Notes: generated from the letters alone by a model not told the origin. DNA of 39,418 bases from Octopus sinensis (GCF_006345805.1 NW_021835510.1:1-39418), one strand, 5' to 3'; shown: positions 21,974-32,916, numbered from the stretch's first letter. Translations and numbers: made by a program.

Positions 21974-22017
21974 CGTTTCTTTCTGAAGAAGAGCATAGGC
22001 TCGAAACGTCAAAGACG
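21974..22017 (+). ncRNA. Minimal type I hammerhead ribozyme (Penelope-associated type)
   Basis: Stem I CG-(UU bulge)-UCUUU pairs with AAAGA-CG. Core CUGAAGA at 21983-89 plus one extra A. Stem II GAGC-AUAG-GCUC. GAAA at 22003-06. Stem III is reduced to the palindrome ACGU. GUC triplet at 22008-10. Confidence 0.8.
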
Positions 22018-22149
22018 TCTTCTATTTTTCCTTGAGCGTCAAACCAATACACCTTGCTTGTTGTTCCCTCAACTGTCTGTCTTTTCTATCATTTTGAACT
22101 ATACAAAGATATTTGTGCCGACGCTCTAACGATTCTGCCAACTACTTAG

Positions 22150-22310
22150 AATTTTGAGGAGCGGGGGTAAGTCGAAGACGTCGATCTGGATGCCGGATTG
22201 GTACTTTATTTTATAAACCCCGAAAGGATGAAAGGCAAAGTGGACCCAAGCGGAATTTGAACTCAGAACGTAAAGCATTTTGTCCGACGGACTTCTGCCA
22301 GCTCGCCGCC
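22150..22310 (-). mobile_element. SINE family C copy
   Basis: GGTACTTTATTTTAT...GAAAGGATGAAAGGCAAAG...GAATTTGAACTCAG...CTGCCAGCTCGCCGCC is the reverse complement of the consensus. Confidence 0.8.
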
Positions 22311-22337
22311 ATAATAATGGTTTCTAATATAAGACTT

Positions 22338-22580
22338 GTGGAGGCGTGTGGCACAGTGGTTGAGGTGTTGGACTCATGGTCGCAAGATTGCGGCTTCAAT
22401 TCCTGGACTGGGCGACGCGTTGTGTTCTTGAGCAAAACACTTCATTTCACGTTGCTCCAGTCCGCTCAGCTGGCAAAAATGAGTAGTCATGGGACGGACC
22501 GGCGTCCCATTCAGGTGGAAAATATATGCGCCTGGAAACTGGGAAACTGGCCCTTATGAGCCTGGCATGGCTCATAAGAC
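22338..22580 (+). mobile_element. SINE family B copy
   Basis: tRNA-like head, GTTCTTGAGCAAAACACTT and GGACCGGCGTCCCATTCAGG...GAAACTGGGAAACTGG. Confidence 0.85.
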
Positions 22581-22585
22581 ATTTA

Positions 22586-22792
22586 GGCGGTGATCTGACA
22601 AAATCGTTATTACGCCGGGAAAAATGCTTAGTGGTATTTCGCCTGTCTTCGAGTTCAAATTCCACCGTAGTCAACTTTGCTTTTCATCCCTTTCGGGGTC
22701 GATAAATTAAGTACCAGTCGAACACCGGGGCAATATAATCGACTTACCTCTCCCCGAAATTGCTGGCCTTGTGCCAAAACCTGAAACCAATA
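22586..22792 (+). mobile_element. SINE family C copy
   Basis: GGCGGTGATCTG head, GAGTTCAAATTCC B box, CATCCCTTTCGGGGTCGATAAATTAAGTACCAG and 3' GGCCTTGTGCCAAAA. Confidence 0.85.
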
Positions 22793-22821
22793 TAGACAAG
22801 GCCTTAATTTCTTCATGGGTT

Positions 22822-22980
22822 ATTCAAATCGATCCAGTATTTTATAGGTACTTTATTTTATCGACCCCAGAGAGATGAAAAGCGAAGTTGACCTCAGCAG
22901 AATTTGAACTCAGAACGTAAAGAACCGGAACAAATACAAGGCAGTCACTACTGACGCTTTAATGGTTCCGCCAATTTGCA
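22822..22980 (-). mobile_element. SINE family C copy
   Basis: GGTACTTTATTTTATCGACCCC...GAATTTGAACTCAGAACG is the reverse complement of the consensus. Confidence 0.75.
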
Positions 22981-23315
22981 ACCCTGGTGTTATAGTGATG
23001 GTAATGCTTTCTTTTATTGGCCACAAGGGCCCAAGACGTTAGGAAGAGTACAACAGAAATACAGTGGAAAATAACAAACGCTAAACATTGGAGGAACTTA
23101 AGATGGGAACAAAGCCAAAATCTTATGAAGGAAACGATCGATGCTGTGTATATTGATCTCAGTATATGATTGAGTTCGATATCAAAGATTCAGGAAAGAT
23201 GAAAAGTCGGCTCCTAGTGGATTCGATCTCAGAACATATGGAGCCGTGACTAAATATGGAGAAGTATCATATCCAGTCCGCCATCATTTATAAAATAAAA
23301 CACTAGCTTCTACAA

Positions 23316-23490
23316 AGTGATCCTTCAATCTGCTAGAAATAGCTGCCAACTATCACTAGAGCCCTAAAAGAAAGGACAGATACACTGGATAATGCATTTT
23401 TGGACAGACATAAAAAAATAGGAATGGATGGTCATGGCGAGAACATCTTTGGTTACAGGCGTAGTGGATCAAGGATGAACTAGTGCTAGA
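23316..23490 (+). mobile_element. Interspersed repeat family E fragment (probable SINE/LINE 3' portion)
   Basis: CTGCTAGAAATAGC..CCAA...GATGGTCATGG is shared with 31735-31930 and partly with ~30150-30180. Confidence 0.5.
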
Positions 23491-24128
23491 CAGCCGTAGC
23501 AACACGTGAGCTGTGGGGCTAGTGTGTATGGATGTGTAAGGGGACGTCTCACGTTCAAATCCTACTAAAGCCAACATTGCTTTTCATTCTTCTAAGATTG
23601 ATAATACAAAGTGCCAGTCGTATATTAGGGTCAGGTGTGTACAAATATGTTGAACATCCCGAGTTCAAATCCTACCAAAGCCAACATTTTTTATTATAAG
23701 ATTGATAAATCGAAGTACCAGTCATATATTAGGGTCGAATTCATTTATTGCCGATCTATTCCAGCATAGAATAGGGTTAGGAGAAGGTCGGGGCTTTTTT
23801 TGTTTTACACTTTAATCAACAAGGAGGGCAGTAGATATCCATACGCCCTTAAAAGGACTCCATGACTGGCAAGAGAAAGGAATTCTCAAACTGGTAGCTA
23901 GGCCCAAATTCTTGAAGCAAACTCCGCTATAGTAACCTAAAGTGCAAGATGGCGGTGTTAAACCGAGTGACGGGCTTCGTTTACAATTCAAATAAGCCAT
24001 GGTTGGACTTGGATCCAGAATGCGAAGAGCCGAAACAAACACCGCAAGGCATTCGGTCCGACATTTTTCTTTTATAGTTTCACTAACCCATTGTTTTGGA
24101 TTATGTTTCTTTTTATCATAATTCTGTA

Positions 24129-24370
24129 GGGGCCGGTGTGAGTGTGAGGGTCAGAAGCTTGTTTCCCAACCATGCTGTCCTGTACGGACCCTTGGGTAAG
24201 TGCTTACGATTGCTTAGGGTTTACCAAGGCCTTGTGAGTCGTAAGGTGGCGGTTCGGCAAAAGAGACCAAGAGAATACGATAAGGGTTTAGAGAAAAAGA
24301 GCCTTGGAGTCGATTTGTTCTAAAACCCTTCAATGCGGTGCTCCAGTATGGCCGGAGTCCAATGACAAAA
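24129..24370 (+). mobile_element. SINE family A, degenerate copy
   Basis: CCTTGGGTAAGTG core, CGGTTCGGCAAAAGAGACC and GCGGTGCTCCAG. Confidence 0.7.
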
Positions 24371-24541
24371 TATAGACAGATTCAACAGAGCCTGAGCCCT
24401 CGTCCAACCGAAAGGATCGGATGACCAAACGAAGTGACACACCACGGAGTGTATCACCATTACACTGGTATTATGTATCTGTAATACAAAACTACTACGA
24501 ACACAATACACAGTATTCTACTACGTGATCCCTCAATCTGC

Positions 24542-24543
<2 letters not shown>

Positions 24544-24599
<56 letters not shown>

Positions 24600-25060
24600 T
24601 GTGTACGTGTGTGTGTGTACGTGTGTGTGTGTACGTGTGTGTGTGTACATGTGTGTGTGTATATGTATGTGTGTATATGTGTGTGTGTATATGTGTGTGT
24701 GTATATGTGTGTGTGTATATGTGTGTGTGTATATGTGTGTGTGTATATGTGTGTGTATATGTGTGCGTGTATATATGTGTGCGTGTATATATGTGTGCGT
24801 GTATATATGTGTGCGTGTATATATGTGTGTGTGTATATATGTGTGTGTATATATGTGTGTGTGTATATATGTGTGTGTATATATGTGTGTGTGTATACAT
24901 GTGTGTGTATACATGTGTGTGTGTATACATGTGTGTGTGTATACATGTGTGTGTGTATACATGTGTGTGTATACATGTGTGTGTATACATGTGTGTGTGT
25001 GTATACATGTGTGTGTGTATACATGTGTGTGTGTATATATAGATATATACGTGTGTATAC
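24544..25060. repeat. (TG)n with patterned TATA/TACA interruptions, ~520 bp
   Basis: Read directly from the sequence. Confidence 0.95.
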
Positions 25061-25962
25061 ATGAATTCCGTAACCAGAGTTCATCTACTTGAATTCCGTA
25101 ACCCGAGATCAGCTCGCCCCGTATATAGGAACTACCTGGTTCAAAGTTTAACTTAACTCGTTGTAAACAGTGGTACTGCTCTGACACTAAAATCGACGAG
25201 TGTTTTAAGAGGTTGGAATGACGAATTCATATTTTCTTTGGGAGTTATACGAGAGGGCGAGAGAGAAGGGCCCCTCACTGGAGGGGCTTACATCCCCCGC
25301 CACATCCTGTCTCGGGACCCATTGCGTGGACAAGGCCGCCTTCAAGTCTTGGTGAAGTGATCGTCTGAAGGATCCATTGTTGATGAGTCAGAATGCCGCT
25401 GAGGCGGTGGAGCAACAGGTTGTAAAGGATCACTATAGCGAATTGAACCACCTCAATGTATAACTGGTATTAAATAACGGCTTGAGGATAGAAACCATAA
25501 ATAACTAACCGTTCGGTTCGCAGGGGTGGGTTGATACGAAGATACCCTGGAAAGCACAGTAGCATAGCTAGAGTTCCTGCCACCCGGGGTATTCGCCGAG
25601 CTCCCTCTTTCACCCGCCACTCCACCAAGCCTATTCAAGCTCATACAGCAGACCCCCAAAGGCACCTTTCCTTAAAACCGTCGCCCAGTGCTGATCTCCC
25701 CCGTGCCCCTTCCCCAGCTACGCCACTGGGTTCGCAACAACTTGCTTGGTCCTCAAAAGGTTTCCCAAAATCTAAACCTTATCTCAGCATGGAGTAATTT
25801 TTTTCTCTGCGCAGTTTCTAGTCAGAATCTCGAAGGAATTGACTGGAAATTTCATATTTCCATATATCGATAAAGCATTAATAATTTATTGGATTCGATT
25901 CAATCAATCGTACAATTAAATTAATGTTTCTTTTTCTTAACACGTAAATCTCTCAATTTCTC

Positions 25963-26258
25963 TCTGGTTCTTCGTCGCCTACGACGAGTATGTTCCAGTT
26001 GATCCGATCAACGGAACAGCCTGCTCGTGAAATTTAACGTACAAGTGGCTGAGCACTCCACAGACACATGTACCCTTAACGTAGTCGTCAAGGAGACTCT
26101 GTATGACACATTGTGTAACCAGACTGGCCCTTTTCAATTACAGGTTCAATTCGTGTTCGCCAGGTGTGTGGACTGGAACAACGCGTCGCCGGGGATTGAA
26201 CCTACGACCTCATGACTGTGAGCTGAATACCCTAACCACCAAGGTATGCGCAGCCACC
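25963..26258 (-). mobile_element. SINE family D (tRNA-like head)
   Basis: Minus strand reads TTGGTGGTTAGGGTATTCAGCTCACAGTCATGAGGTCGTAGGTTCAATCCC (A and B boxes), followed by a non-tRNA body and tail. Confidence 0.7.
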
Positions 26259-26391
26259 TGTCTGTCTGTCTCCCTATCACACAAAGTGAGAGAGGTTTAG
26301 ATCTCGTAATTAACAAAAGGCTTCAAAAGATACCTGTAATACACGTGGGTGCGAGTACAATCAACGATGCTCATTCTATGCACACATTTGT

Positions 26392-26730
26392 GTTTTACTT
26401 GTTTCGGTCGTTACACTGTAGCCATGCTGGGGCACCGCCTTGAATATTTGTCGTGCAAATCGAACCCGCCACTTGTTTTTTTTAAAGCTTGGTACACATT
26501 CTATCAGTATCCTTTGCCAAACAGCTAAGTTACGTAAACGTAAACACACCAACAGCGGTTGTCGAGCAGTGGATAAACACACACATACACACAACGGGCT
26601 TCTTTCAGTTTCCGTCTACCAAAATCTGCTCACAGAGGATATAGAAGACACTAACCCAAGTTGCTACGCAGTGGGACTGAACTTGGAACCATGTGGTTGG
26701 GAAGCAAGCTTCTTACCACACAGCCACGCC
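26392..26730 (-). mobile_element. SINE family A copy
   Basis: Reverse complement of the head, internal (CA)n and 3' end. Confidence 0.85.
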
Positions 26731-26949
26731 TATAAATGTTTTTATCTTTATTAACACACAAAGCGACTATAAGGAAGGTATGAACTCCGATACATTTTAC
26801 GGGGTCTTCTGCAAGACTTTTTCTGGAATTGGAAATTCGCCATGCAAATTAACAAATCTCGTTATTTACTCTATTCTCTCGCTGCCTACAGCTGCCGGCG
26901 AAAACAGTTGTCGGCCGTCCTGCCAGCGAAAATTTTTTTCCCACGAGAG

Positions 26950-27439
26950 TTCCGGACCCCAGTAATGAACTAATTTGCATACAGCCAATCAGAGTTCACT
27001 TTGACTGTGTTGTCAAGTTAACACACTCTACCAAGTAAACTCAAGACGAAGAACGGTGTTGTAAGTCGGCCGATCGCCAAGTTATGCCTGATTTTAGGGG
27101 ACAAGTAATCAGATAGATTTGCATCTATACCTATTATCGGGTTTTGTTAGGGCCCCATATTGTAAAGATGTGGATGGGGCAAACGTGGGTAGAGGGTGAT
27201 GTGCTAGCAACCCTCTCCCCTTACTGTTCGACAAAGTAAAGAACAACACAAATAACTACGCAGAGGCAGCCATGGTTGAAACAAGAGCACGAACGAGCCT
27301 TTTAAAAGGGAAAAGAAGCATGGTCGTTCCTTACCCAAGTGACCTTATCGCCCATCACTTGTTACGCGCTCATGAATTAGTTTGGTAGCTGAGCTCTGAT
27401 TGGCTGTATGCAAATGAGATCATTATTGGGGGTCCGGAA
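26950..27439. mobile_element. Element bounded by ~50-bp inverted repeats containing octamer and CCAAT motifs (MITE-like or regulatory)
   Basis: 26950-26998 vs the reverse complement of 27390-27439: 45/50 identical. No TSD was identified. Confidence 0.5.
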
Positions 27440-27607
27440 AATTTTTTTTAGCTGTAACGAGCCAGCAAGACAGAGGCAGAGAAGAAACGAAGGGAACGAA
27501 CAATATACGCGTACGTACGTCTATATCCGCGTACCCACACACACAAATTTTTATTTATTTCGGTCATTTGACTGCGGTCATGCTGGAGCACCGCCTCGAA
27601 CGGTTTA

Positions 27608-27752
27608 GCGCAGGCGTGGCTGTGTGGTAAGAAGCTTACTTCCCAGCCACATGGTTCCGGGTTCAGTTCCCCTGCGTGGTACCTTGGGCAAGTGTCATCT
27701 ACTATAGCCATGTGAGTGAATTTGGTAGATGGAAACTGAAAGAAGCCCGTCG

Positions 27753-27818
<66 letters not shown>

Positions 27819-28039
27819 TGTGTGTGTGTGTGTGGTGTGTGTGTGTGTGTGTCCCACCGTCACCGCTTGACAACCAGTGCTGGTGTGTTTACGTTCCCTG
27901 TAACTCAGCAGTTCGGCAAAACATACCGATAGACTAAGTACTGAGCTCACAGTTCTGGAGTCGATATGTTCGACTGAAGCATCCTTAAGGGTGATGCTCC
28001 AGCATGGCCGCAGTCAAATGACTAGAACAAGCAAAAGAG
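27608..28039 (+). mobile_element. SINE family A copy, preceded by a minus-strand 3' fragment at 27552-27597
   Basis: Head, core, expanded internal (TA)n(TG)n and 3' end. Confidence 0.9.
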
Positions 28040-28124
28040 CACAGAACTCGGGGGTCCCTTTTTCCTGATTGCCAAGTTAAAAAGGGTGGGGGGATGCCGA
28101 ACACAAGGACACATACTATATACA

Positions 28125-28203
28125 TATGTATACACACACACGCACACATATACATACACACACATATACACATACACATATATACACACACACACACATA
28201 TAT

Positions 28204-28258
<55 letters not shown>

Positions 28259-28286
28259 CATATACACACACATATACACACACACA

Positions 28287-28319
<33 letters not shown>

Positions 28320-28322
28320 CAT

Positions 28323-28406
<84 letters not shown>

Positions 28407-28410
28407 CTAT
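28125..28410. repeat. (CA/TA)n compound microsatellite
   Basis: Read directly from the sequence. Confidence 0.9.
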
Positions 28411-28421
28411 ATCTATCACTG

Positions 28422-28567
28422 TCTTCCATGCAGTTTCCATCTACCAAATTCACTCGTCACTAGGCATTGGTCGATCCGGACCTGTGGTTGAAATCACTTG
28501 CCCAAGGTAGCCAAACCTGAAACCATGTGGTTCCAAAACCAGCTTCTTATCCACCCAGCTTGCGCCT
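28422..28567 (-). mobile_element. SINE family A, 5' half
   Basis: CAGTTTCCATCTACCAAATTCACTC...CACTTGCCCAAGG...TGCGCC. Confidence 0.75.
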
Positions 28568-28579
28568 ATAAGAATAGAG

Positions 28580-28713
28580 TATTTCGGTAAAAGTATATGA
28601 CGTCATGAGTGAGCGTGTGATTGTGTTTCATCTGCTCGACGGAGCTGAACAGTCGAAAACTCGCACGCACACACACTCACTCATAATTGACGTCATATAT
28701 TAATACCGAAACA
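28580..28713. mobile_element. Fold-back MITE-like element with two CRE palindromes
   Basis: TTTCGGTA..TATATGACGTCA..TGAGTGAG arms are inverted (28582-28619 vs 28669-28711). TGACGTCA occurs at 28598 and 28688. Confidence 0.6.
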
Positions 28714-28886
28714 TTGCCATAACACACACACACACAGATGAAACAGTTATCACTTCTGGTACTTGACTGAGGAAAGAAGGCCGCGAATGACCCGTCTTTT
28801 GCCTGTCTTAATTGTTGATCGTCTATCTGTCCGAATGTTTTATTGTCCTCTATTGCGTTTTTGTTCCATTTTACACACACACACGT

Positions 28887-29137
28887 GTGAAAGCGCGTGG
28901 CGTAGTGGTTAGGGTGTCAGCGCCATGATCGTAACATTATGATTTCGATTCCTGGACCGGGCGACGCGTTGTGTTCTTTAGAAAAACACTTCATTTCACG
29001 TTGCTCCAGTCCACTCAGCTGGCAAAAATGAGTAACGCTGCGATGGACTGGCGTTCTGTCCATCTGGGGAACACATACGCCATTGAAACCGGGAAACCGG
29101 TCCCATAAGCCTGGTCAGGCTTTGAAAGGGCGCATTA

Positions 29138-29140
<3 letters not shown>
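28887..29140 (+). mobile_element. SINE family B copy
   Basis: TGGCGTAGTGG A box and GCGATGGACTGGCGTTCTGTCC...GAAACCGGGAAACCGG body. Confidence 0.85.
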
Positions 29141-29199
<59 letters not shown>

Positions 29200-29308
29200 A
29201 AAATGAAGAAAACAAATTCATCTCGTTCATCAACTTACGGATATTACAATTTTACATTACTTATTAATTATACAAGTGGAAACATCAAAATCAAAGAAAA
29301 CATTATAT

Positions 29309-29666
29309 AGGAGTGGCTGTGTGGTAAGTAGCTTGCTAACCAACCACATGGTTCCGGGTTCAGTTCCACTGCGTGGCATCTTGGGCAAGTGTCTTCTGCT
29401 ATAGCCCCGGGCCGACCAAGAAAGAAGCCAGTCGTATATATGTATATATATATAAGTGTGTGTGTATATGTTTGTCCCCCTAGCATTGCTTGACAACCGA
29501 TGCTGGTGTGTTTATGTTCCCGTCACTTAGCGGTTCGGCAAAAGAGACCGATAGAATAAGTACTGGGCTTACAAAGAATAAGTCCCGGGGTCGATTTGCT
29601 CGACTAAAAGTGGTGCTCCAGCATGGCCGCAGTCAAATGACTGAAACAAGTAAAAGAGTAAAAGAG
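29309..29666 (+). mobile_element. SINE family A, relatively young copy
   Basis: High similarity to 38661-39043, with a (GTAAAAGA)2 tail running into (TA)n. Confidence 0.92.
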
Positions 29667-29670
29667 TATA

Positions 29671-29728
<58 letters not shown>

Positions 29729-30270
29729 GCACGCACACACACACGCACGTACAGAGACAGGGTCATACCACTAGAGACGGAGTATTTGTGTTCGTTTGTG
29801 TCGCATTCTTTGTAAATATGTTCTGAAATCGTTAGCATATTAATTGCAGTTGGAGTTTAGTGAGAGAAGTGTGTGTGTGTGTGGGGGGGGGGAGAACAAG
29901 AAAACGAAGAACAAAAAGAAACAGAAAAAGAAACTGCCTTCCCGAATCTGCCAGAACATATAAGACGATGGCAATGAAAGGTGTCAACTGCTCCATTTAT
30001 GTTGAATCTTATACGTGTGTGTGTGTGTGTGTGCGTGTGGAAAAAGATGAAGGCAGTTACACACGCACTAACGAATCACACACACACACACACACGTCTT
30101 CAGTGTTATCAGCTGCAGTTTTTTTTCCCTATACAAGTGCGTGTGATCCGCTAAAAATAGCAACCAAATCTCTCTCAAACACTCAAATCACTCAATATGA
30201 AAAACAGGAAAAAAAAGATGCCTACAGCTGGGCCGCATTTTTGATTATAAGTCTGTTCGACTGCAGTTAG

Positions 30271-31190
30271 GGCGGCCCGCTGGTAGAATCAGTAGAGCAT
30301 CGAAGAAAAACAAAGACGTTGCACTGCTAAAGTTCCGAGTTCGAATCCCACCGAGATCAACTGTTGTTCACTGTTCAAGGGCCGATTAAGTAAAATACCT
30401 TTGAAGTACTGGGGTCGATAGAATCGACTACCCCACCCACTCGAAATTTCAGGCCCTGTTGGATCGATAAAATAAGTGCCAATTGAATGCTGGGATTGAC
30501 CTAATCGAATTACTCCTGCCCTTAGATTGCTGGCCTCGTGCCAAAATTTGAAACCATTATTATTATTAGCAGAATCGTTGGCATGCCGGACAAAATGCTT
30601 CGTGACATTTCTTCCGGCTTTACGTTCAGCGTTAACATTCCGCCAAAGTCGACTTTGCCTTTCATTCGTTCGGGGTCGATGAAAATAAGCACCAGTCACA
30701 TACTGGGGTCGACTTTATCTACTAGCCCCCCACCCCACCCCTCGAAATTTCAGGCCTCGTGCCTTCGGTAGAAAGGTCATTATTACTACAGCGAGTTGGC
30801 CGAATCCTTAAGCATGCCCGGTCAAATGCTTAGCAGCATTTCGTCCGTCCTTACATTGAGCTAAAATCCCGGAGCCGGACTTTGTCTTTCATCTTTGGGG
30901 GGGGGATCAATAAATTAAGTGCCAGTTAAATACTGGGGATCGGTGTAATCGACTGGTCCCCGCCCCACCAAATTTCAGGCCTTGTCCCCATAGTAAAAAG
31001 TTATTATTATTATTATTATTAGTCGCTACGTTGTGTGTTCAAATTCCGCCGAGGTCGACTTTGCTTTTCATCCTTTTGGGATCGATAAATTAAGTCCCCA
31101 GTGAAACACTAGAGTCGATGTAATCGACTAGTCCCCTCCCTCATATTTCAGGCCTTGTCCCTTCAGCAGAAAGGGTTATTATTATTATTA

Positions 31191-31223
<33 letters not shown>

Positions 31224-31718
31224 TTGCGGCGAGCTGGCAGAATGGTTACCGCACCGGAAAAAATGCTTAACGGTATTTCTTCCGATTCATTACATTCCAA
31301 GTTCAAATTCCGCCCATGTCGATTTGGTACTACTTAAATACAGGTCCCGACGCATCTACGAAACCCTAAGTCCCTAACGACTGTGCAGTGTAAAAACATG
31401 TCGTTGCATAGATGCATCAGGGCCTCTATTTAAGCGGGACCCCTGTATTTAAGCAGTGCCGTCAATTTTGCTTTCCAAGTTCCCGGGGGTCGATAAAATA
31501 AGTACCAGCTGAGCCCCGGGGTCAATGTAGTTGTCTAACTACTTCTCCAGTGGTAGAAAGACTTATTTTTAATTCTAGGTTAGTAGAATTACTAAATTGT
31601 CGGACAAAGCACTTTGCTCGGTATAAACCTTCTCTTTACATTCTAAGCTCAAATCCCACCAAATCAGCTTTGTCTTTCACTACTGGGGTTGATGAAAAAA
31701 ATACCAGTTATATATTGG
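30271..31718 (+). mobile_element. Head-to-tail array of about 7 SINE family C copies joined by (TTA)n tails
   Basis: GTTCAAATTCC/GTCGACTTTG/GGGGTCGAT/TTTCAGGCCT blocks repeat on one strand. Tails at ~30556, 30779, 31001, 31176 and ~31563. Confidence 0.85.
31328..31458. mobile_element. 131-bp fold-back element inserted in a SINE C copy
   Basis: TIR ACTACTTAAATACAGG (31329-44) vs rc ACTGCTTAAATACAGG (31442-57), inner IR GACGCATCTACG/CATAGATGCATC, termini TACTA...CAGTG. Confidence 0.65.
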
Positions 31719-31734
31719 TACCAATTCAAGCGTC

Positions 31735-31930
31735 CAAACGACAAATACTGGAAACTAGTATTTCTGGCGGAGTGGACCTCTATGTGGTTGTCCTACTAGA
31801 AATAACAGCCAAATTCCAATCTGCCTTAAAGGAAGGCAGGACATTATATATGTATTATATGGGACGCTATAATTCAAGCTAATATCATAAAAAATGATGC
31901 GATGGTCATGGTTGGCTTGTCTATGATTAT
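31735..31930 (+). mobile_element. Interspersed repeat family E fragment
   Basis: CTACTAGAAATAACAGCCAAAT...GATGGTCATGG is similar to 23316-23490. Confidence 0.5.
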
Positions 31931-32162
31931 AGACATAAGCAAAACAAAAATGACACATGGAGCTCTACAGAAACAAAACCAACCGTTAATATAAGACGGG
32001 TGGATTACAGGGTTAGTAGAGTGTCTTTAAAATATTTAATGTTGGATCTAAAGGTCACGAGTTCAAATCCTGCCCGGTTTAAGAAACTAAACCCCACCAC
32101 CTGCTCAAGTTTAATTAAATTAAAACTGGTCAAATCGGGGTGTTTAACTCAATCGGGTCTAA

Positions 32163-32534
32163 TGCATGGCTGTGTGGTAAGAAGCTTGCTTCCCAACCAC
32201 ATGGTTCAAGGCTCAGTCCCACTGCATGGCACCTTGGGGAAGTGTCTTCTACTATAGCATTGGGCCGACCAAAGCCTTGCGAGTGGATTTGGTAGACAGA
32301 AATTGAAAAAAAAAATGCCTGTCGTGTGTGTGTGTGTGTTCCCTACCAGCGCCTGACAACCGTTGTTAGTGTGTTTGCGCCCTCGTAACTTAGCGGTTTG
32401 GCAAAAGAGACTGACAGACTACCAGACTTAAAAAGAAAACAAAACAAATATTGGGGTCGATTCATTCGATTAAAAAATTTTCAAAGCGGTGCCCTAGCAT
32501 GGCCGCAGTCTGATGACAAGCGTGAAAAATAAAA
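32163..32534 (+). mobile_element. SINE family A copy
   Basis: TGGCTGTGTGGTAAG head, CCTTGGGGAAGTGTC core and CTAGCATGGCCGCAGTC end. Confidence 0.88.
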
Positions 32535-32916
32535 CGTATGGCCTGTTATAATAACCATCATGTATGTATTCGTGGCCTAGGACAAGAACCACCCGATGTA
32601 AATCTGTGGCCCGTGTAATATAGTTATCCCGAAATGCTTTTTAATATTTGTTTTCCGGAGGTTTCGAGACAGTGGTGGGGCGGGTGGGTTTAGAGTATTC
32701 TCAGCTCGGAGACCTGGCCCGAATACTTCACAAGAAAAATACTGTGGAGGTCTAATAAAAGTACCCAAAATGTTTGATGGTGTTGTTAAAAAGTGGGAGG
32801 GCCGAATCAAGCTAAACTATAACTGGATTTGAACTCAGAATGCGAAGAACCAGAGCAAATACCTCAAAGGCAACAAGTCTGACGTTGTTAAAGTACCACT
32901 AGTTCATTGTGCTTGG

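Noticed and set aside
23945-23955. YY1 consensus CAAGATGGCGG
   Set aside because: A single motif with no other promoter evidence.
25062-25111. 22-bp direct repeat TGAATTCCGTAACC(A/C)GAG(T/A)TCA, period 28
   Set aside because: Only two copies, next to a microsatellite. Most simply a slippage duplication.
25250-25760. GC-richer island with short ORFs (25453-25665, 25531-25797)
   Set aside because: No recognisable protein motif in the frames examined. It may be a retroelement fragment but cannot be assigned without a database search.
10593-28790. Other CUGANGA heptamers (e.g. 5435, 10593, ~13319, ~28766, 32511)
   Set aside because: They lack the stem II-GAAA-stem III-UH arrangement and are expected by chance.
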